Program-made: the position numbers and the translations under genes
DNA from: Marsupella aquatica
Lineage: Eukaryota > Plantae > Marchantiophyta
Assembly: GCA_973895155.1 (NCBI GenBank)
Contig: OZ316891.1
Span: 11,778,771-11,842,770 of the forward strand
Length of the DNA: 64,000 bases
Reading direction: 5' to 3'
Part shown: one piece after another, positions 1-13,290 of the stretch
Layout of the letters: the number at the start of each line of letters is the position of its first letter
How positions within the stretch are numbered: the stretch's first letter is position 1
Notes under the pieces: generated by a model
The model's database searches: none
What the model saw: the letters and a program-made list of their open reading frames with translations, nothing else
Told to the model about the DNA's origin: nothing

Positions 1-1
1 G

Positions 2-1986
2 GACGCTCCCACTACAAAAAGCTTCGAGGTTATAGAGGGCGAAGGTTGGCGACTGGGCTACGAAACTGCGCCCGAATCAGAAGGCAGCTTCTGTTCCATT
101 GTGCGTTGTTCAGTTTTGAGGGAGCTATAGTTGAAGCGTTCTAAGATGTGGGTCGATGGCGGTGCTTAGTGTTTTCCTTTTCTGAGCCCTGCAATTTTGT
201 TCTGTTCCAGAGGTCATGCGATCTTTTAGTTGAGGTCTTGTATGGTATTGGGTTCTGACAGGCCGAACGTCACATATGAATGGAACCCAGGTGGGAGCTG
301 GAGGATGGAGCATCGCTTTGACTGGCGGAGAGTTTGATGACTTCTGCACTCTGATTCAGGCAAGAGACATGATCCCCCGACAGCTTACGGGCTTAGCTAC
401 AAACTAGTTTTATTGCCCGATCTTAGTTCGATTGTTAACTTTACGGGTGCCCTTTTGCAGTCAGTGAGGAAAGGGATCATGACAATGGACGAGGATACAA
501 TCTCTGGACGCAATGATGTCGTGCTGCAGGTGAGTTCCGAATATTTGGGTACTGATAGTTTCCATATTCAGAAATTCAATGGCTCACCAGTGTCTGCTTG
601 TGTATCCACCTTGGTATATTGAAACAAGGATCTAAGTTTTTCGAACCTAAGTCCGATTTACCAGATGTCAGCTCGTGTAACATCGTTGTGTCAAGTTATG
701 TGTTGTGCAAACTGACCTTGGTTTGTAGAGAGGTCCTGCATAGAACTCTGGAAAGTTAAAAGAAATTGTTTGATGAGTCTGTATCATTGAAGGTGTTTTA
801 CCACCACCAATGTCACCTAGGTACACATGATAGATCTCCCAAATCTGCAGGTTGAGAAGGGAACCATATGGATGCAATGCACGCTACCAAAGACGAGGGT
901 GGGAGCTCTTCAACTTCTGTGGCAGGTAACACACAGTTTGTTCCCAATGGTGCTGGGTGCCTAATAGATTCGTTCAAGTTTTCACAGTAGGTTTCAAGCT
1001 TTATTTTGGATTGTGTCATTATTTGTCTTAATCAATCACCAATCTTTGAGCCAGCAATTTCCTAGAAACTGAATCATCGATCTTTGTGTCATCAATTGCC
1101 TAGAAAACTGAGTCACTGGATGCATCCGAGTCTGTAAAACATTCTTCAATTGTCACGTGCTAAAGGAATTCAAACCATCATTGATTTATCTAGCGAATAC
1201 AATTGTGATACTGGGTATTCACATCTGGTCTGAGAATACCTATGCCGCGTGGAGTTGCACCTCCAATGCTGATGAAATTCTTATTTGCAAGTCTCTAGCG
1301 AAGGATGAAGTTGTGTGTTCGAGTGCATTTACCTCTCATGGGACCGAGCTACACATAAGTTTTACGACCGGAGCCTCGCACCAGACTTATTGCTACACAT
1401 CATTGAAGTTTAGTAGGGTGCAGGAGCTATGGCGTTTGGCTCGATTTGGCCCTGCAGAGTCAGCACGATTCGAGGAAATCTAAGATCTATTTGATAGCTT
1501 TGCTAAAACCTCGGTCCAGAGACTCGAAATTCTCAATTTGAAATCGAGTGTTGTTGACATCTCTGTTTTTCTGGGCAGCCTGGAGTCCCTCATAATCTTA
1601 TCGACGAACAACTGAAAGAAGCATTTGAGTTGCGCTTTATATTATCAGGTGGCGAAAACAAGAGACAGGTATATGTCTTCCTATGCTCCTGCGGCTTCTC
1701 TGAGGGCACGTTACAAGGCGTTTCCATTTCTGTACGAGCTGTTCGATGGTTTCAGACGTACTATAGTCTCATAACTGTAGAACCTCAATTAAGATAAGTT
1801 TGTAGCATTGGTAATTTACAAAGAAGATTTACTGTCTCTGAGAAACTTTCCTTGCTCCAGGTGGAGGGTTACTGGCCTGCACAGGCAGTCTTTGACATGC
1901 TGAAGAAAATAGATTCATCCTCTTTCAATCATTCTGGGGCTTCGTTTGCTGAAAATGTTACGAGACAAGCTGCAGCTAAGGTGTGA
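2..1986 (+). CDS. DUF1818-family protein (cyanobacterial-type), 5'-truncated by the window edge; exons 2-100, 291-359, 461-529, 851-925, 1579-1668, 1861-1986
   Basis: Manual splicing gives an uninterrupted frame: ...EGEGWRLGYE...VGAGGWSIALTGGEFDDFC...FELRFILSGGENKRQ/VEGYWPAQAV...*. This matches recalled DUF1818 motifs (EGxGWRL, GGxxWxxxLT, LRxIL, EGxWPA). All introns are GT-AG except 360-460 (GC-AG). Confidence 0.75.
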
Positions 1987-4796
1987 TGAAGCAGTTCGTT
2001 GTTGACATAGAATGTTGAACTATCATTCAATCCAAACCTTAAGAGAATGTCAATCAATCAAAGCCTCCACGCATACTGTGGGTCATAAGCTCTTTCTGAA
2101 TACGGAAACTATTTGGAAGAACTACTGGTTGGGTCTGCATGTGCCCGTAGAAGTCCCCAACTTTCGTTGGCGAGGGGTCCTCTTTGTAATTTTAGCCCAA
2201 CTTGTACATTACCGCCACACCTTACTCTAATTCAAGCTTCTGGACAAAGCACCAGACCTTCATTGTTGCATGGCGTCAATATGTTCAATCAAACTTTTTG
2301 TTGGTTGTAAGGTCTTTATCGCAAAGCAGGTCCATTTGTTGTAAGCTTCGGAATTTTTAAGCCTCGACCACTTTAGGGGGTTGGAACAGGTTGTGTGAGG
2401 AAAATTGACCTACTCTCAAAGCTGTTAATGTCATACAGTAGAGTGGTACACAGATTTTCTACTCCCACTGTTGGATCGTAAGAGATAAATTCCCAACGTT
2501 TCCCCCAAGTAAAGTCTGCTATCATGGCACAATTGACAACGGTAGTGTATCATGCGGTTGGCCGGAAATACAAGATCCAAGATGACGAGCCATCTCGAAA
2601 CGATTCTGGCACTGTTACGCTGAGCGGACGATACGAGGGTCCAGTGATTCTGATTGGGCATAATATGGATTGCCGAAACGATCAGGAACCTTTTCGCACT
2701 GGATAAGAGGTGGGCCAGAACGAACGCAGTTACAGTGCAGAGAAGGAATTGATTGCAACGTTTCCCTGACTCAAGGACGCTATCAAAACTACAGTACATT
2801 TCTAGTCACCTCACAACCCAACTTCCAGTCTGGCCAATTTACCGACTCCAAAACTCACCCTGGCTAAGGTGGCCAGGGATTTGTTACTAGAGCCCTAAGA
2901 TCATCAGTGTCAGTCGAGAAGATTCCAGCCATCATTTCCCTATTCTCTTGTAATCCTTATCCTTTCTAGTTAACTAGAGCTACATTTCTTCTGATCCTTT
3001 CCATGTTGTGTTCTCCGCAAGTCCGTGGTATGTTGATGCTGATAAGTGCGAGGAAAAAGCATCCCAACGAATAATGGAAAACGAAACATCCTGTAAAGAA
3101 ATCGAAAATACAAGACACTGAACGTCGCACGAATGTTTCCCTTCCAGAAATCATAACAAATCGAATCCAAGTCTCGAGTGCGCGGCATTGTCTCTATTCC
3201 TCAACATCCTGTCTTTACTGCAAAGAGTTAGGATTTAAAATCAATATGAAGTGCGAGACATAGATTTCTAAATGAATAGAGCATGATAGGAACGCCTTAG
3301 AAAATGTCCTGAAGTTGAACAGATGGGGCCACATCTAGGAGCCACGTTTCCAATATCAAGGTATGTGCGGTAACTGTACAAATGAACTGATAATTTGTTG
3401 CCCTCTATTTCTTGAACTACAGCTGCCACTATAAAATGGGCCCTCCCCTACAATCCTCCAACTGAATATCTGAAGGGAAAGGAGAGCAATTAGAGAGGTG
3501 AATTGAGTCTTACTAACTTAAGGGACAAGATTATCCTGTCTTGCTCTAAAACTACACCACCCCCATTAGATGCAAACTATTAAATGTTACACAAGAATCT
3601 AAACCAAAGAGCGGAAGACCACCAGTCCCATAAAATTGCAATATTTAAATGTTACAGAAAAATCAAAACCAAAGAGTGGAAGACGGTTCTAAGGTGCTGC
3701 TTCCTTGAAAATTTAGTGTAGTCGTAGTACTCATTATCACAAGTTGACATATAAAGTTTCCTTTAGATCACAAGTTCCTATTTAAAATACTCAGGGTAAC
3801 TTGTAGTACTCATCATCACAGGTTCAGGTGGGGTATAAAGTCCTCTTTAAATCATAAGTACAAAATGTCCTGAAAAAGTACTAGTACTCATTATTACAAG
3901 TTCAGATATAAATGCCCTATCATCTCATTAGTTTCCTGTAGGAATGGACTGTGATATGCGAGATATTGAATCTACAAGTAGACCATATTTCTCCTACTTT
4001 TTAATGAGCATCAAAGTCATATCATTAGTTCACCAAAAGGGATCATTAGTTCACCATAGAGACGATCTAAGGCTCATACATTAAAAAGGCGCAAAGAAAA
4101 TTGGGTGCTATGAAGGCAAAGTGAATGTGAGAGCATGAGGGTAGTCTACGTTCACGTACGCAAGTGGAAAATGACCAGTTAAGGGAAGGGCAATTTTTGA
4201 TGGTCTTAAACAGTTACAAGATACGGTGGACGCTATTTATGACCTACCAAGACGACTACCAAGACTAATACGACAGGACGACCAAACAACCCTTCGTGTG
4301 TTTCCCTGCGAAATCTGAATTTTACAACCGGTTCTTCGAGGCTTCCAGGCTCACAGTAGTGCATGGGGAATCTTCAATCCAAGTCGGGATAGGTTGACGA
4401 GCTAGAACAATTTGGACTTCACAGCGAAACCACTGAGAGGCTCAGTTGTAATAATTCCTTCTGCATTGCGAGTCAGCAGAAGTAATCGCTGGGAGGCTGA
4501 CTTCGTTTGCCATCATCGGGTTTGTTTCGTTCTTAAGAGTCAATTGATCAAAAGGATATTCCCGTACTCAAAAAGTTTCCACATTCTCTTCAAGGAGAAG
4601 TTTCCACATTCTATCCACCATGGGCTCATGGAAAGGGGGAGGAGACACTGAAATGTTCAAAAGGAACAAAGACAAACGCAAAAGATCGCTTAAAAAGTTC
4701 TAAGAATTCTGCCATGATGACCGAAGAAGACCATGCCAGGAAATCGATTGCCAAATGACGAATAACTCCCCCGGGGATTCGTTTCGAGTAAGGGTG

Positions 4797-7700
4797 TTAT
4801 AGTACTCTCAACAGAACATTAGTAAGGTATGCTCCCTCGGGGTATGCCACATCAACTGTATGATCTGGTGCTGCTCCCGCATAACGTAGCTGGATTAGCC
4901 TTCTACCCGCGGTGGCTGATGCATCCTGGAGACACCGAGACTCAGAGTGACTGAATGTACAACGATGGCCTTAACAAAATAGATCTAGCTAGAGAACAAA
5001 ACATTACGCGTCTTCAACAATTGAAAGGGTGCCTTCAGCTGGCCCTTCGCAGTACCTTGAGGACAGACACGAAGCTCAGACTCTGAGTCATAGCACCTGA
5101 GCACGAGCAAGTCATAAGGAGACCTCCTGGCTTAGTCACCCGCATAGCAAGTGAATTCAGGGTCCGATACCGAGAGAGGGCACGCTGCAGAGCCTGCGAA
5201 TTTATAGAGCCGAGGACGTGACCGAATCCCCATCAATATTTAACTGCCTATATCATGCAAATTACAATACTTGAACAATTGCACTGTCCTATATGATAAA
5301 CAGATCCTTACTTTCGCCGGTGTAAATCAACTATTTGTCATTTTAAGCTAATGAGACGAAAGTAGAGGATTCGATCAGTTCTGCACATGTGTGACTATTT
5401 AAACTGATAGAATATTCACTGCGTGAAGTGATCTTTCATAGGGGTGTAGACTCAAAAATATTTCATGAAATTGTCTCTACCAGACAATACCTTCTTGTTT
5501 GGTGCCAATTTGGGGGGATCCAGGACAACGACATCCCACGACCTTCCCTCTGCAACCGCATCTTTTAGGAAAGGTGTGATGTCAGCCTTCACAAAGGTAC
5601 AGGAGCTTGGGTCAAGCTGATTGAGAACTGTATTAGCAGTAGCAAGTTCTAGTGCCGGCCCCGATGAGTCAATTCCTGCCATGCACAACTCGAAAGTTAC
5701 CTCTAAAAACCAATTAAGATAAGCAAAGACTGACTGATGTGGAAACTGTGGCAGCAAACAGCTCACAAGATTGAAATGAAAGGTTAAAAATGTTAGCACT
5801 AAGAAATGAGGACTGCATCAACTCACTGATTCCCAAAATTTCATACCAGTCACATGAGAAGCCCCACCAACCGCAGCATTGAGGGAGAATCCACCACTGT
5901 AGCAGCAGAGGTCAAGGACAGTCTTATTTCGACAGAGTGTTCGCAGAAGCAGCCGACTGTCTCGCTGATCGGCATAGAATCCAGTTTTCTGACCATTCAA
6001 TGAGGCTCTGTATCGAACACCATTCTCGACAACCTTCAAGTGGAAGAACGAAACCTCAGATTTCTGAAATATCCTGAGTGACTTCTGTGTATGGACAATC
6101 AAGGAAACTGAAAATCCATTGCAACAGTACGTCCTTGATCTTTGCTAATTGTGACGGAAAAATCCAAAAAGCTGACGTAATATCCATTGGAACTAGCACC
6201 ATTAAGTTCGGGGGAACAAATGCACCCACCTCAATTTCGTCATTTTGCACACCAGTCTCTATGGATGGTTCGGATGGATCTTCTGCATCTAGCTCAAGCC
6301 CTTCTTCTTTCAGAATCTCCAATGATGGTCTCCACGTAATAGATTCAAGCCCAGATGACGCAATAAGAGCACCTTCAATGGTTTGTCGGTACTTTTCAAC
6401 CCAAGAGGCCGATGAGGCCACGACAATTTGATCTCCCAGAACATCTGCAATGAGACCGGACAGCCTGCCAACAGATAGGACAACATACATCTCAGTGTCT
6501 TCGACTAAGATAAAGCTGAGGGGCAACTTCCATATATACTATAAACTACATTCTTTCCCTAGCTCTCCTTTTCAAAAATAAACTCCAGTAGAATAGAATC
6601 ACGAGTTGAATTATACATACTTGCCTATCGCCTTCACTGTTCACTAGGCGGTAGACATTCGTATCCCTTGAAGGAAGGTCCAGTTGCTTTCGAAGTTCAA
6701 CAGCTCCAGCAATCCTGGAATGGATAATGCGCTCCATGTCCAGAACACAGGAAGGATCCCTGGTAATCATACCAGTATATGTCATTCAAATCAACCCCAA
6801 GAAAGTGAAAAGTGAAAATTATTAAATCACATCAACCATCAAGAATAGCGCCATAACAGGTTAGGTAATCAGAACCTCACGGCTTCATCCTCCATCTGCA
6901 TGATGCGGACACAAAACATTGAGACTGAATTGTATATTCCCCAAGCGAAAGGCTGCCTAGCGCGATCAGTCACCAGAACAGCATCTCCGGTCTGTGGAGG
7001 CTTGCCGATAACACAATCTACAGCACCACTGTAAACCATGGGACTGCCATCACGAAATAGTTGTGTTTTCCCCTTCTTCAGTACCACCTTTGCAATCCCT
7101 GGACACAAGTGCACCGTAGAAACCTTCACTACAGCGAGGAAACAAACAAACAGATGACAAAAAGGAACGAACAGAACAGAAAAGAAAGCTTCACTGATGA
7201 GCATCATGTATTATCGCGACCACATTCCTCAGTAAAAGCGAAGTGAAGATCTGAGCTGGGAGGCATTTAATCGCATTCAAATGTGGACGAAATTTTGGGC
7301 CTGAAGAGACTATCAACCAGGGGCAAAGTGTGATTCCAATCAAGGGTTGGTTTGAACTTAACCTCAATAAGCACAACGATAGCCTCACATGCATTTTGGG
7401 AGCAATTCAACCAACGTACTAATAGTAGTTTCATCTTCCGCAGTGGAGCTATTACACTGGAAAGAACTCGGAGCGTAAATCCGCCAGGTTGTGGAGAGGC
7501 ACTACAAGGATAGATTTACTCGGAGCAACAACCAAGCCAGTAGAGCTCATCCCTTCTTGCTCTATAGAGCTGAATCCCGGAATCCTGAACAACCCAGAAA
7601 CCAATCAACAGCACCTGATCGGTTTATGCACTAGTTGAGATTTCACAGTCGAGAGAAGCATACACATATGGGTCGTGTGCTGTACAAATACATACTTGGA

Positions 7701-7894
7701 TGTTGGAGCGCAATGTCCTTGATGGTACTAGTAGGAGTGCTCTGGCAGGTTGGAGTAACAGAGCAGAGGCGCCTACTAGCGATTCTGTTGTCGGTGGAGC
7801 TCCATTGAGGGATGGAAACGGCAGGACCACCACGGAAGAGCTGATCGACGGGGCGCCGCAGCAGAAAATGCAATGGATGAAGCTGCCGAAACAT
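4797..7894 (-). CDS. rlmI: RlmI-like (23S rRNA m5C1962-type) SAM-dependent methyltransferase with N-terminal PUA-like domain, probably organelle-targeted; about 8 exons
   Basis: Exonic motifs [89 protein letters not shown]...YPEGAYL. The N-terminus from ATG 7894 is Arg/Ser-rich like a transit peptide. Stop TAA at 4797-4799. Confidence 0.9.
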
Positions 7895-8159
7895 TCCTAC
7901 TCTAGAATTAGTCCGTTCAAGCAGTTTGTCCACTCAAGATGCAGACTCTGCTGCCAGTGCAAGGCTCCTCAAGGATCTAAGGAATAGCTTGCTATTGTTT
8001 GCTCGAATTGAAAGTGCAGGTTGCTGAGCAATTCTTATGGAATCGAAGGAGTAACTATTTGATGTGGCTCCGCTTCCTAGTGCAGGAATCAGCTCACGAA
8101 GAGAGTGTTGTATCCTTTGCAAACGAGCTGATCTCTTGGACATGCAACTGGTTTGTACT

Positions 8160-9320
8160 CGTAGCTAGGGTTTATCTCCTTTATGACAGGGTGCCGAGGC
8201 CTAGGGTTTAAGAAAGGGTTCCATGAGTAAATTTATCCCAACGGATTCCCTCCATCAAAATAGTGTTTTGCCCACCAAGGTCAGACAGTGGGAAAGGGTG
8301 TACTTGGTGCATGGAAGGAACTCCCTGCAGACATAGTTATGGACAGGGGGTCTCAAGTCTCAAAATTTGATGGACTTTAACTTAGTTGTAGATAGTTAAG
8401 AATAGAAGAAGTTAAGTACTACCAAATTCATAGTCCATAATTCTTTGCCATAAAGATGGGCCATATGCCCTACCATAAGTTATTTTAAAGGCTAGTGAAA
8501 CAAAAAAAACAACAACAACTTTTACACAACCCCCTGTAAAGCTATGCTTATTTGTTTATGACCAAAAAAAATGTCCCCAACTAGAAGGGCCTTTCAAAGC
8601 TTGAACACAAAACAGCTTTTACACACAACCCTGTGTAAAAGCTATGGCTATATGTCTATGACCAAAAGCCATGTCCCCAACTAGAAAGCTTGAAAATTGC
8701 AGATGACTGCTGGCCATAAACAAATAGCCATAGCTTTTGCAAAGGGTTATGTAATTTTCTTCTCACTAGAATTTAAATCTCGACTACACAGTTAGTGTAG
8801 ATATGGAACAGAAAGTGCCAAGGCGACAGGATCTCTTATTAGGCCACAGACCCAGTAAAGGTGAGAACACAAAGAAACCCCATGAAGCCCAAAAGGCCCA
8901 AAGTTAGTGGAACGCAAGTTTGGCGCTGGGACGAGGCACGGAGCAGAAGTTCTTAAGTTTGGTACTGTATGGATTGCATAGTGCATTGCACGACATCTGC
9001 TGCCCCTTCCTGCCACTGTTTGCGTCGCAGTGGCTCGCCAATCCGCTGAAGGCTAGCGCGGCTTGCCCGTGTTTTGAGACCTCAGCCCACCAGGTTTTTC
9101 GTCAGTTCAAAAGAGGTGAGTTTCAATGCAGAGTATTCGTTGGGTCGTTGCTCTTTTCTCTATAAGTTTCAATGCGGAATACAATAAATTGCTGTTTCAG
9201 GTGCGTGTTTTTCTTGTCCCAAAGAGAATAGATTTTTTGTTTAGGAATTCGTGTTGTTTTGGAACCTTTGTTTTTCGGAGGCTGGATCTGTCTTCTACAG
9301 TCGGGGTTTAGGGTTTAGGT
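8160..9320. promoter_or_regulatory. Divergent (head-to-head) promoter region between the rlmI-like and HNH genes, with telo-box and site II-like motifs
   Basis: TAGGGTTT telo-boxes at ~8166, ~8202 and ~9309; AGCCCA/GGCCCA motifs at ~8886-8901; genes point away on both sides. Confidence 0.45.
8515..8750. repeat. Local direct plus inverted repeat (MITE-like remnant)
   Basis: A ~75-bp unit (CTTTTACAC...AAAGCTATG...TATGACCAAAA...ATGTCCCCAACTAGAA) occurs twice, followed by an inverted partial copy (GGCCATAAACAAATAGCCATAGCTTTT). Confidence 0.5.
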
Positions 9321-9812
9321 TGGTGGTTGCTACGCACCGGAAGCTTTACATCTGGTGTCAGATGTAGGGGAACGATTTTCATCAGTTTTTCTGGATGCCA
9401 TCTACGTGCTAAAATTTTGAACTACGATCATTGTCCTGATCGGGAGTAACTTGAAAGAATTTCGGGTGCGTTGATTGAAGGAATTGGATGATGATTCTAA
9501 ATAGCGACGAAATATATCTGTGATTCTTTGCGTTCGGGCTGTTTCGTTTAAAGTACTGTCCACGAAGTCTGGAAGTATCGACTTCAGATGGATGCAGGGA
9601 TTTAAAAATTGGTAGCCTTCCAGAGAATCCAAGCACGCATCTGAACTATCCTGTGTTTGTTTTCAGGAAATCGTACCTTTTGGTTCAGCTCTCTTCGGAG
9701 TCCCTTGAGGTTGAAATGCTGAGATGATCCGTGGCTAGATTTTGGTTCTGTTCTGGATGAAAATTAGTAAAGCAAGCTTTGGCTCAGGGAGAGTGACAGA
9801 CCAGTAAGCCTG

Positions 9813-10914
9813 ATGGAGAGCATGGAAGATTTTCCTATTGTGGATCCAGATGACGTGCAGGTGAAGGAGAAGGGTGGGCAGGCATCACGTAGGATGCGGA
9901 TTTTTGATGAGAAGATGAGGAGCTTGTGCTGGCAGAAGGCAGATGTGGTGCCTGGGCGGCATCCCGAGAGATGGCGCAAGGACATAGCCGGCAACGTTGT
10001 TTGTCGCCGTCTCACTCGCTGTGAAGGCTGCCTTTGCCATGAGTATGACCACATCCAGCCTTATTCCAAAGGTCTCTCTCGTTGTTTTTTGTCTCCATCC
10101 AATCTTCTCGTAGTCTGGCTTGCAACATCCCGTGTACCTCTTTTTCCCTGTGTCTTCATCTTTGCTTCATGATGGACTACTTTGAAAGCCCGAACAGCAG
10201 AATTCTCTTGACATTGCATGTGCAGCTGAAAATCCTTGGAAACTGGTTGTTCAGGGTGAAATGTAGTGGCACTGCTTGGTAGGTTCCACGGAACGTTGTG
10301 TCTGGTCAGGTAGGTGGATAACTGGCTTGTCTTCTGACAAGTCTATTCGTGGATCATGTGATGGACACACAGACGTCTGGCCAGTTGCAAATTGCCATTG
10401 CATCTGCACTTTTAACCTTTTTTGTTTTCTTCAGTGGAGTAACGCCATGCTGCTTGATTTTGTTAAGGTGGGGAGACGGATGTTAAAAACTGCCAGATTC
10501 TTCAGTCTCGAGTTAATCGGCTGAAGAGTAACAAGGATCCTGGCCGGGATGGTCTGAAGCAATTTTCTTGTGATCTCAAGTTTACTGGTAAAACGACTCC
10601 CCCGAAAGTAACCACCCTTAAAGTGGTATAGATTGTTCATGCCCTGACTTGAAGAGAAATTGAGTCTTAACTGTTTGTTGCGTTCTTTGTCAGCTGATTT
10701 ATTTATTTATCTTCTATCATCTATTAACAAAAGCTTTTTGGCCATTCAAGTAGATAAAGAGCTGGACGTGATAGAGATGGCGGTTTATGGAAATGTTGAA
10801 CGACCAGGGATGCAGTGTCGCTGCAAGAGTGTGGCTGAGACATTGGGAACGTCATTATCCAGAGCTAAGGGCTCACAGATGTCCTGTGAGCTTCCCTATC
10901 GAGAAAAAAGCTGA
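9813..10914 (+). CDS. Conserved plant HNH endonuclease-domain protein; exons 9813-10071, 10468-10587, 10754-10914
   Basis: CWQKADVVPGRHPERWRKDIAGNVVC...CEGCLCHEYDHIQPYSKGGETDVKNCQILQSRVNRLK...DKELDVIEMAVYG; the spliced frame is intact with GT-AG introns. Confidence 0.9.
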
Positions 10915-12201
10915 GCTGGGTAACTGGAAGCGGTATGCAGTAGAACAGGAACTGTGGCAGGAGGATGGTATGTAAACTACCCACAAAACTATGGAATCCC
11001 CAAAACGCAGGCAGCATTTTGCTCGTCATATTTGATCATCAGTCCGTTCGAGATGAACAACATTCTCAAGTCTCCAACCGGAAGCTATGGGCCATCACGT
11101 CCGACCTTTGGATATTTGTATAATGTTTCACTTCATAGCAAGGTCACAATTTTTCTTGGCATGTCTTTTGAAACCAAAGCCATTAAATTGTTAACTCTGC
11201 CTCAGTGCCTTGATCTACTGGCCATTTGCACCGATCAACTGATAAAGCACTCAGGGTTCATGGGAGATTGTTGGGGCTTCGACCAAAACTGTGAATGAAT
11301 AATTTGGGTGATGCGAATGATGTTATGTTGAATCATTTTGAGTATTGGTCCGTCTGTTGAGGATCGGTAGTTGACTGAAGGAAGATTGAACTGATATTTC
11401 ATACATGGAGTTGAGTTGGTGTTAGTGTGAAAAACAACTGCGTGAGGACTAACTTGAAAACCATGAAGCCATTTTTATGTAGAGAGCCCCGCAATTACAT
11501 TGTGAAATCGTATGGTGGACATCTTTCAGGTGTAAATTTTCAGGACCTTCAGTAAGATGTAAACTGATACCATGCCCAAATGATATACCCCGTGAAGATT
11601 ACATTTCCAAAGATTTGAAGGGTTCAGATCGCCGGTATCGATGACGGTCACACTTCATACAGTGTTTCGTTTTAAAACAAAGCTGATAGTGGAGTCCGTA
11701 TCTGTTTAATCTAAGAATCCGATTCCAATGTGGAAATGTGATGCATGACAACCAATCTCGGGCTTACAAGTTGTATTCCGAGAGGTAAGTAGCATCTCAC
11801 AATTTTGGAGCCAGCCGTGAATCACGGACATCACTAAATTATTTTGCTTCGATTACTCACTACAATATCAATAAATTATGCTGTTGTAAATTGACAAGTG
11901 CAAATGGGTGACGCATCCTTGTGCCAAAGAATTTGATAGCAATGTGCGTACCAGGTCGTAAATGTCATCCCTTTGCGTTGTAAAACAGCATCATTCCAAT
12001 GCCTACCTGGTCCCAATAACGTTCCATCCTTGTAAAGGCGAACATTTTAGTGTACCCTCCACGTCCTCAACACTTGAATCCAGGAAAGATTGGACTTCCC
12101 AAAGACAATCAGCTCATGTTGGTTGTAAAGTAAATATACAGTTCGGTCAGGGCCGTCAACCTGCCCTGAAGACACAGCAATACAGAAGCTGTGCTTGAGT
12201 G

Positions 12202-12717
12202 TTACCAGTCGAAATGTTTGCAAAGAATGGGTGCAACGTCCGTCGTTGTGACTTCATGATGCCACTCAAACGCGCTTCCATCTTTCGTTACTCTCGTGTT
12301 CATCCCCTGCTTGCACTCGTGCATGCACTTGGTATGCGCGATCTCCACCCTCCCGTCACTGGCAGTCTGAAATTCAGTCAGCAAAGCTTCGGACCCTTTC
12401 GCTTTGCATTTCTTCCCTATACACACCTCCAGACGCGGAACCACGGTGGAACTGCTCACAATCTCTTTCTTCTTTCCAAACTTTTTCTTGGGCTTATCTC
12501 CTGGGCTCTTTTGTTCCTCGACCTTCTCATCTTTGAACTCGGTCGTGTCAACAGGATCCTCTCGAGGTTTGCTCTCCATAATTGCTATCGCGTTAGATTC
12601 TGCCTGAGTCGTCGTTTTGTTTGTCACTGACGTGAAGGGAATCGCTTTCCAGAGTGCCTGATAGAGGCTCCTGGGCGCTATCTTGGGTGAGGTTTCCACC
12701 ACTCGAGCGGATGCCAT
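12202..12717 (-). CDS. Intronless protein with a C-terminal thioredoxin-like [2Fe-2S] ferredoxin domain (resembles the DGAT3 C-terminus)
   Basis: LEVCIGKKCKAKGS...TKCMHECKQG gives the Cx4C...Cx3C ligand pattern; it is preceded by a Lys-rich linker. Confidence 0.75.
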   Translation of the reverse strand: MASARVVETSPKIAPRSLYQALWKAIPFTSVTNKTTTQAESNAIAIMESKPREDPVDTTEFKDEKVEEQKSPGDKPKKKFGKKKEIVSSSTVVPRLEVCIGKKCKAKGSEALLTEFQTASDGRVEIAHTKCMHECKQGMNTRVTKDGSAFEWHHEVTTTDVAPILCKHFDW

Positions 12718-12819
12718 CCTTCTTTAGTCTCTCGAAGATTTGAAACAAGCGAGAATTCACAATACAAACCAGAAAATCTCTCTTCTCCAAATTTCAAAGC
12801 GTTCACCTTCTGCAGATTG

Positions 12820-13290
12820 CCGTCTCGGAACAGTGCTGTCTTCGCTTGAGGATGGGACTCGCCACTGTCAAATCCTGAACCGGACAGCCTAATTCATCGA
12901 GACCATGCCTCGCCAATGATCGAATCTGCTTGATGTATTTGTCTTACTAGACACGGGTGCTGACAAGTTCCCTTCTCCAAAGAATTCTTCCTCTGCAGGT
13001 GGGCTGTCTCGGAACTGTGCTGGCTTTGCTTGACGAGGGACTTGTCACTGCCAAATCCAGAACCGGACCACTATTTCAATCGCGGAAATACCTTGCCAAA
13101 GGTCGAACCTGATTGGTGTATGCGTCTGTACTACACAGGGGAGCTGAAGATTTACCTTTCCGAAGAATTCTTCCTCTGCAAATTGTTCTCTCGGAACAGT
13201 GCTTTCTCGGTTGAAATTGGCACTTGCCACTGTAAAATCCTGAACTCGACAACCTAATTCTGTCGAGGAAACGCCTTGCCAATGACCGAA
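12820..13290. repeat. Three degenerate direct copies of a ~100-bp segment upstream of the ferredoxin-like gene
   Basis: TCTCGGAAC(A/T)GTGCT...CACTG..AAATCC.GAAC recurs at ~12823, ~13007 and ~13189; AAGAATTCTTCCTCTGCA also recurs. Confidence 0.6.
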
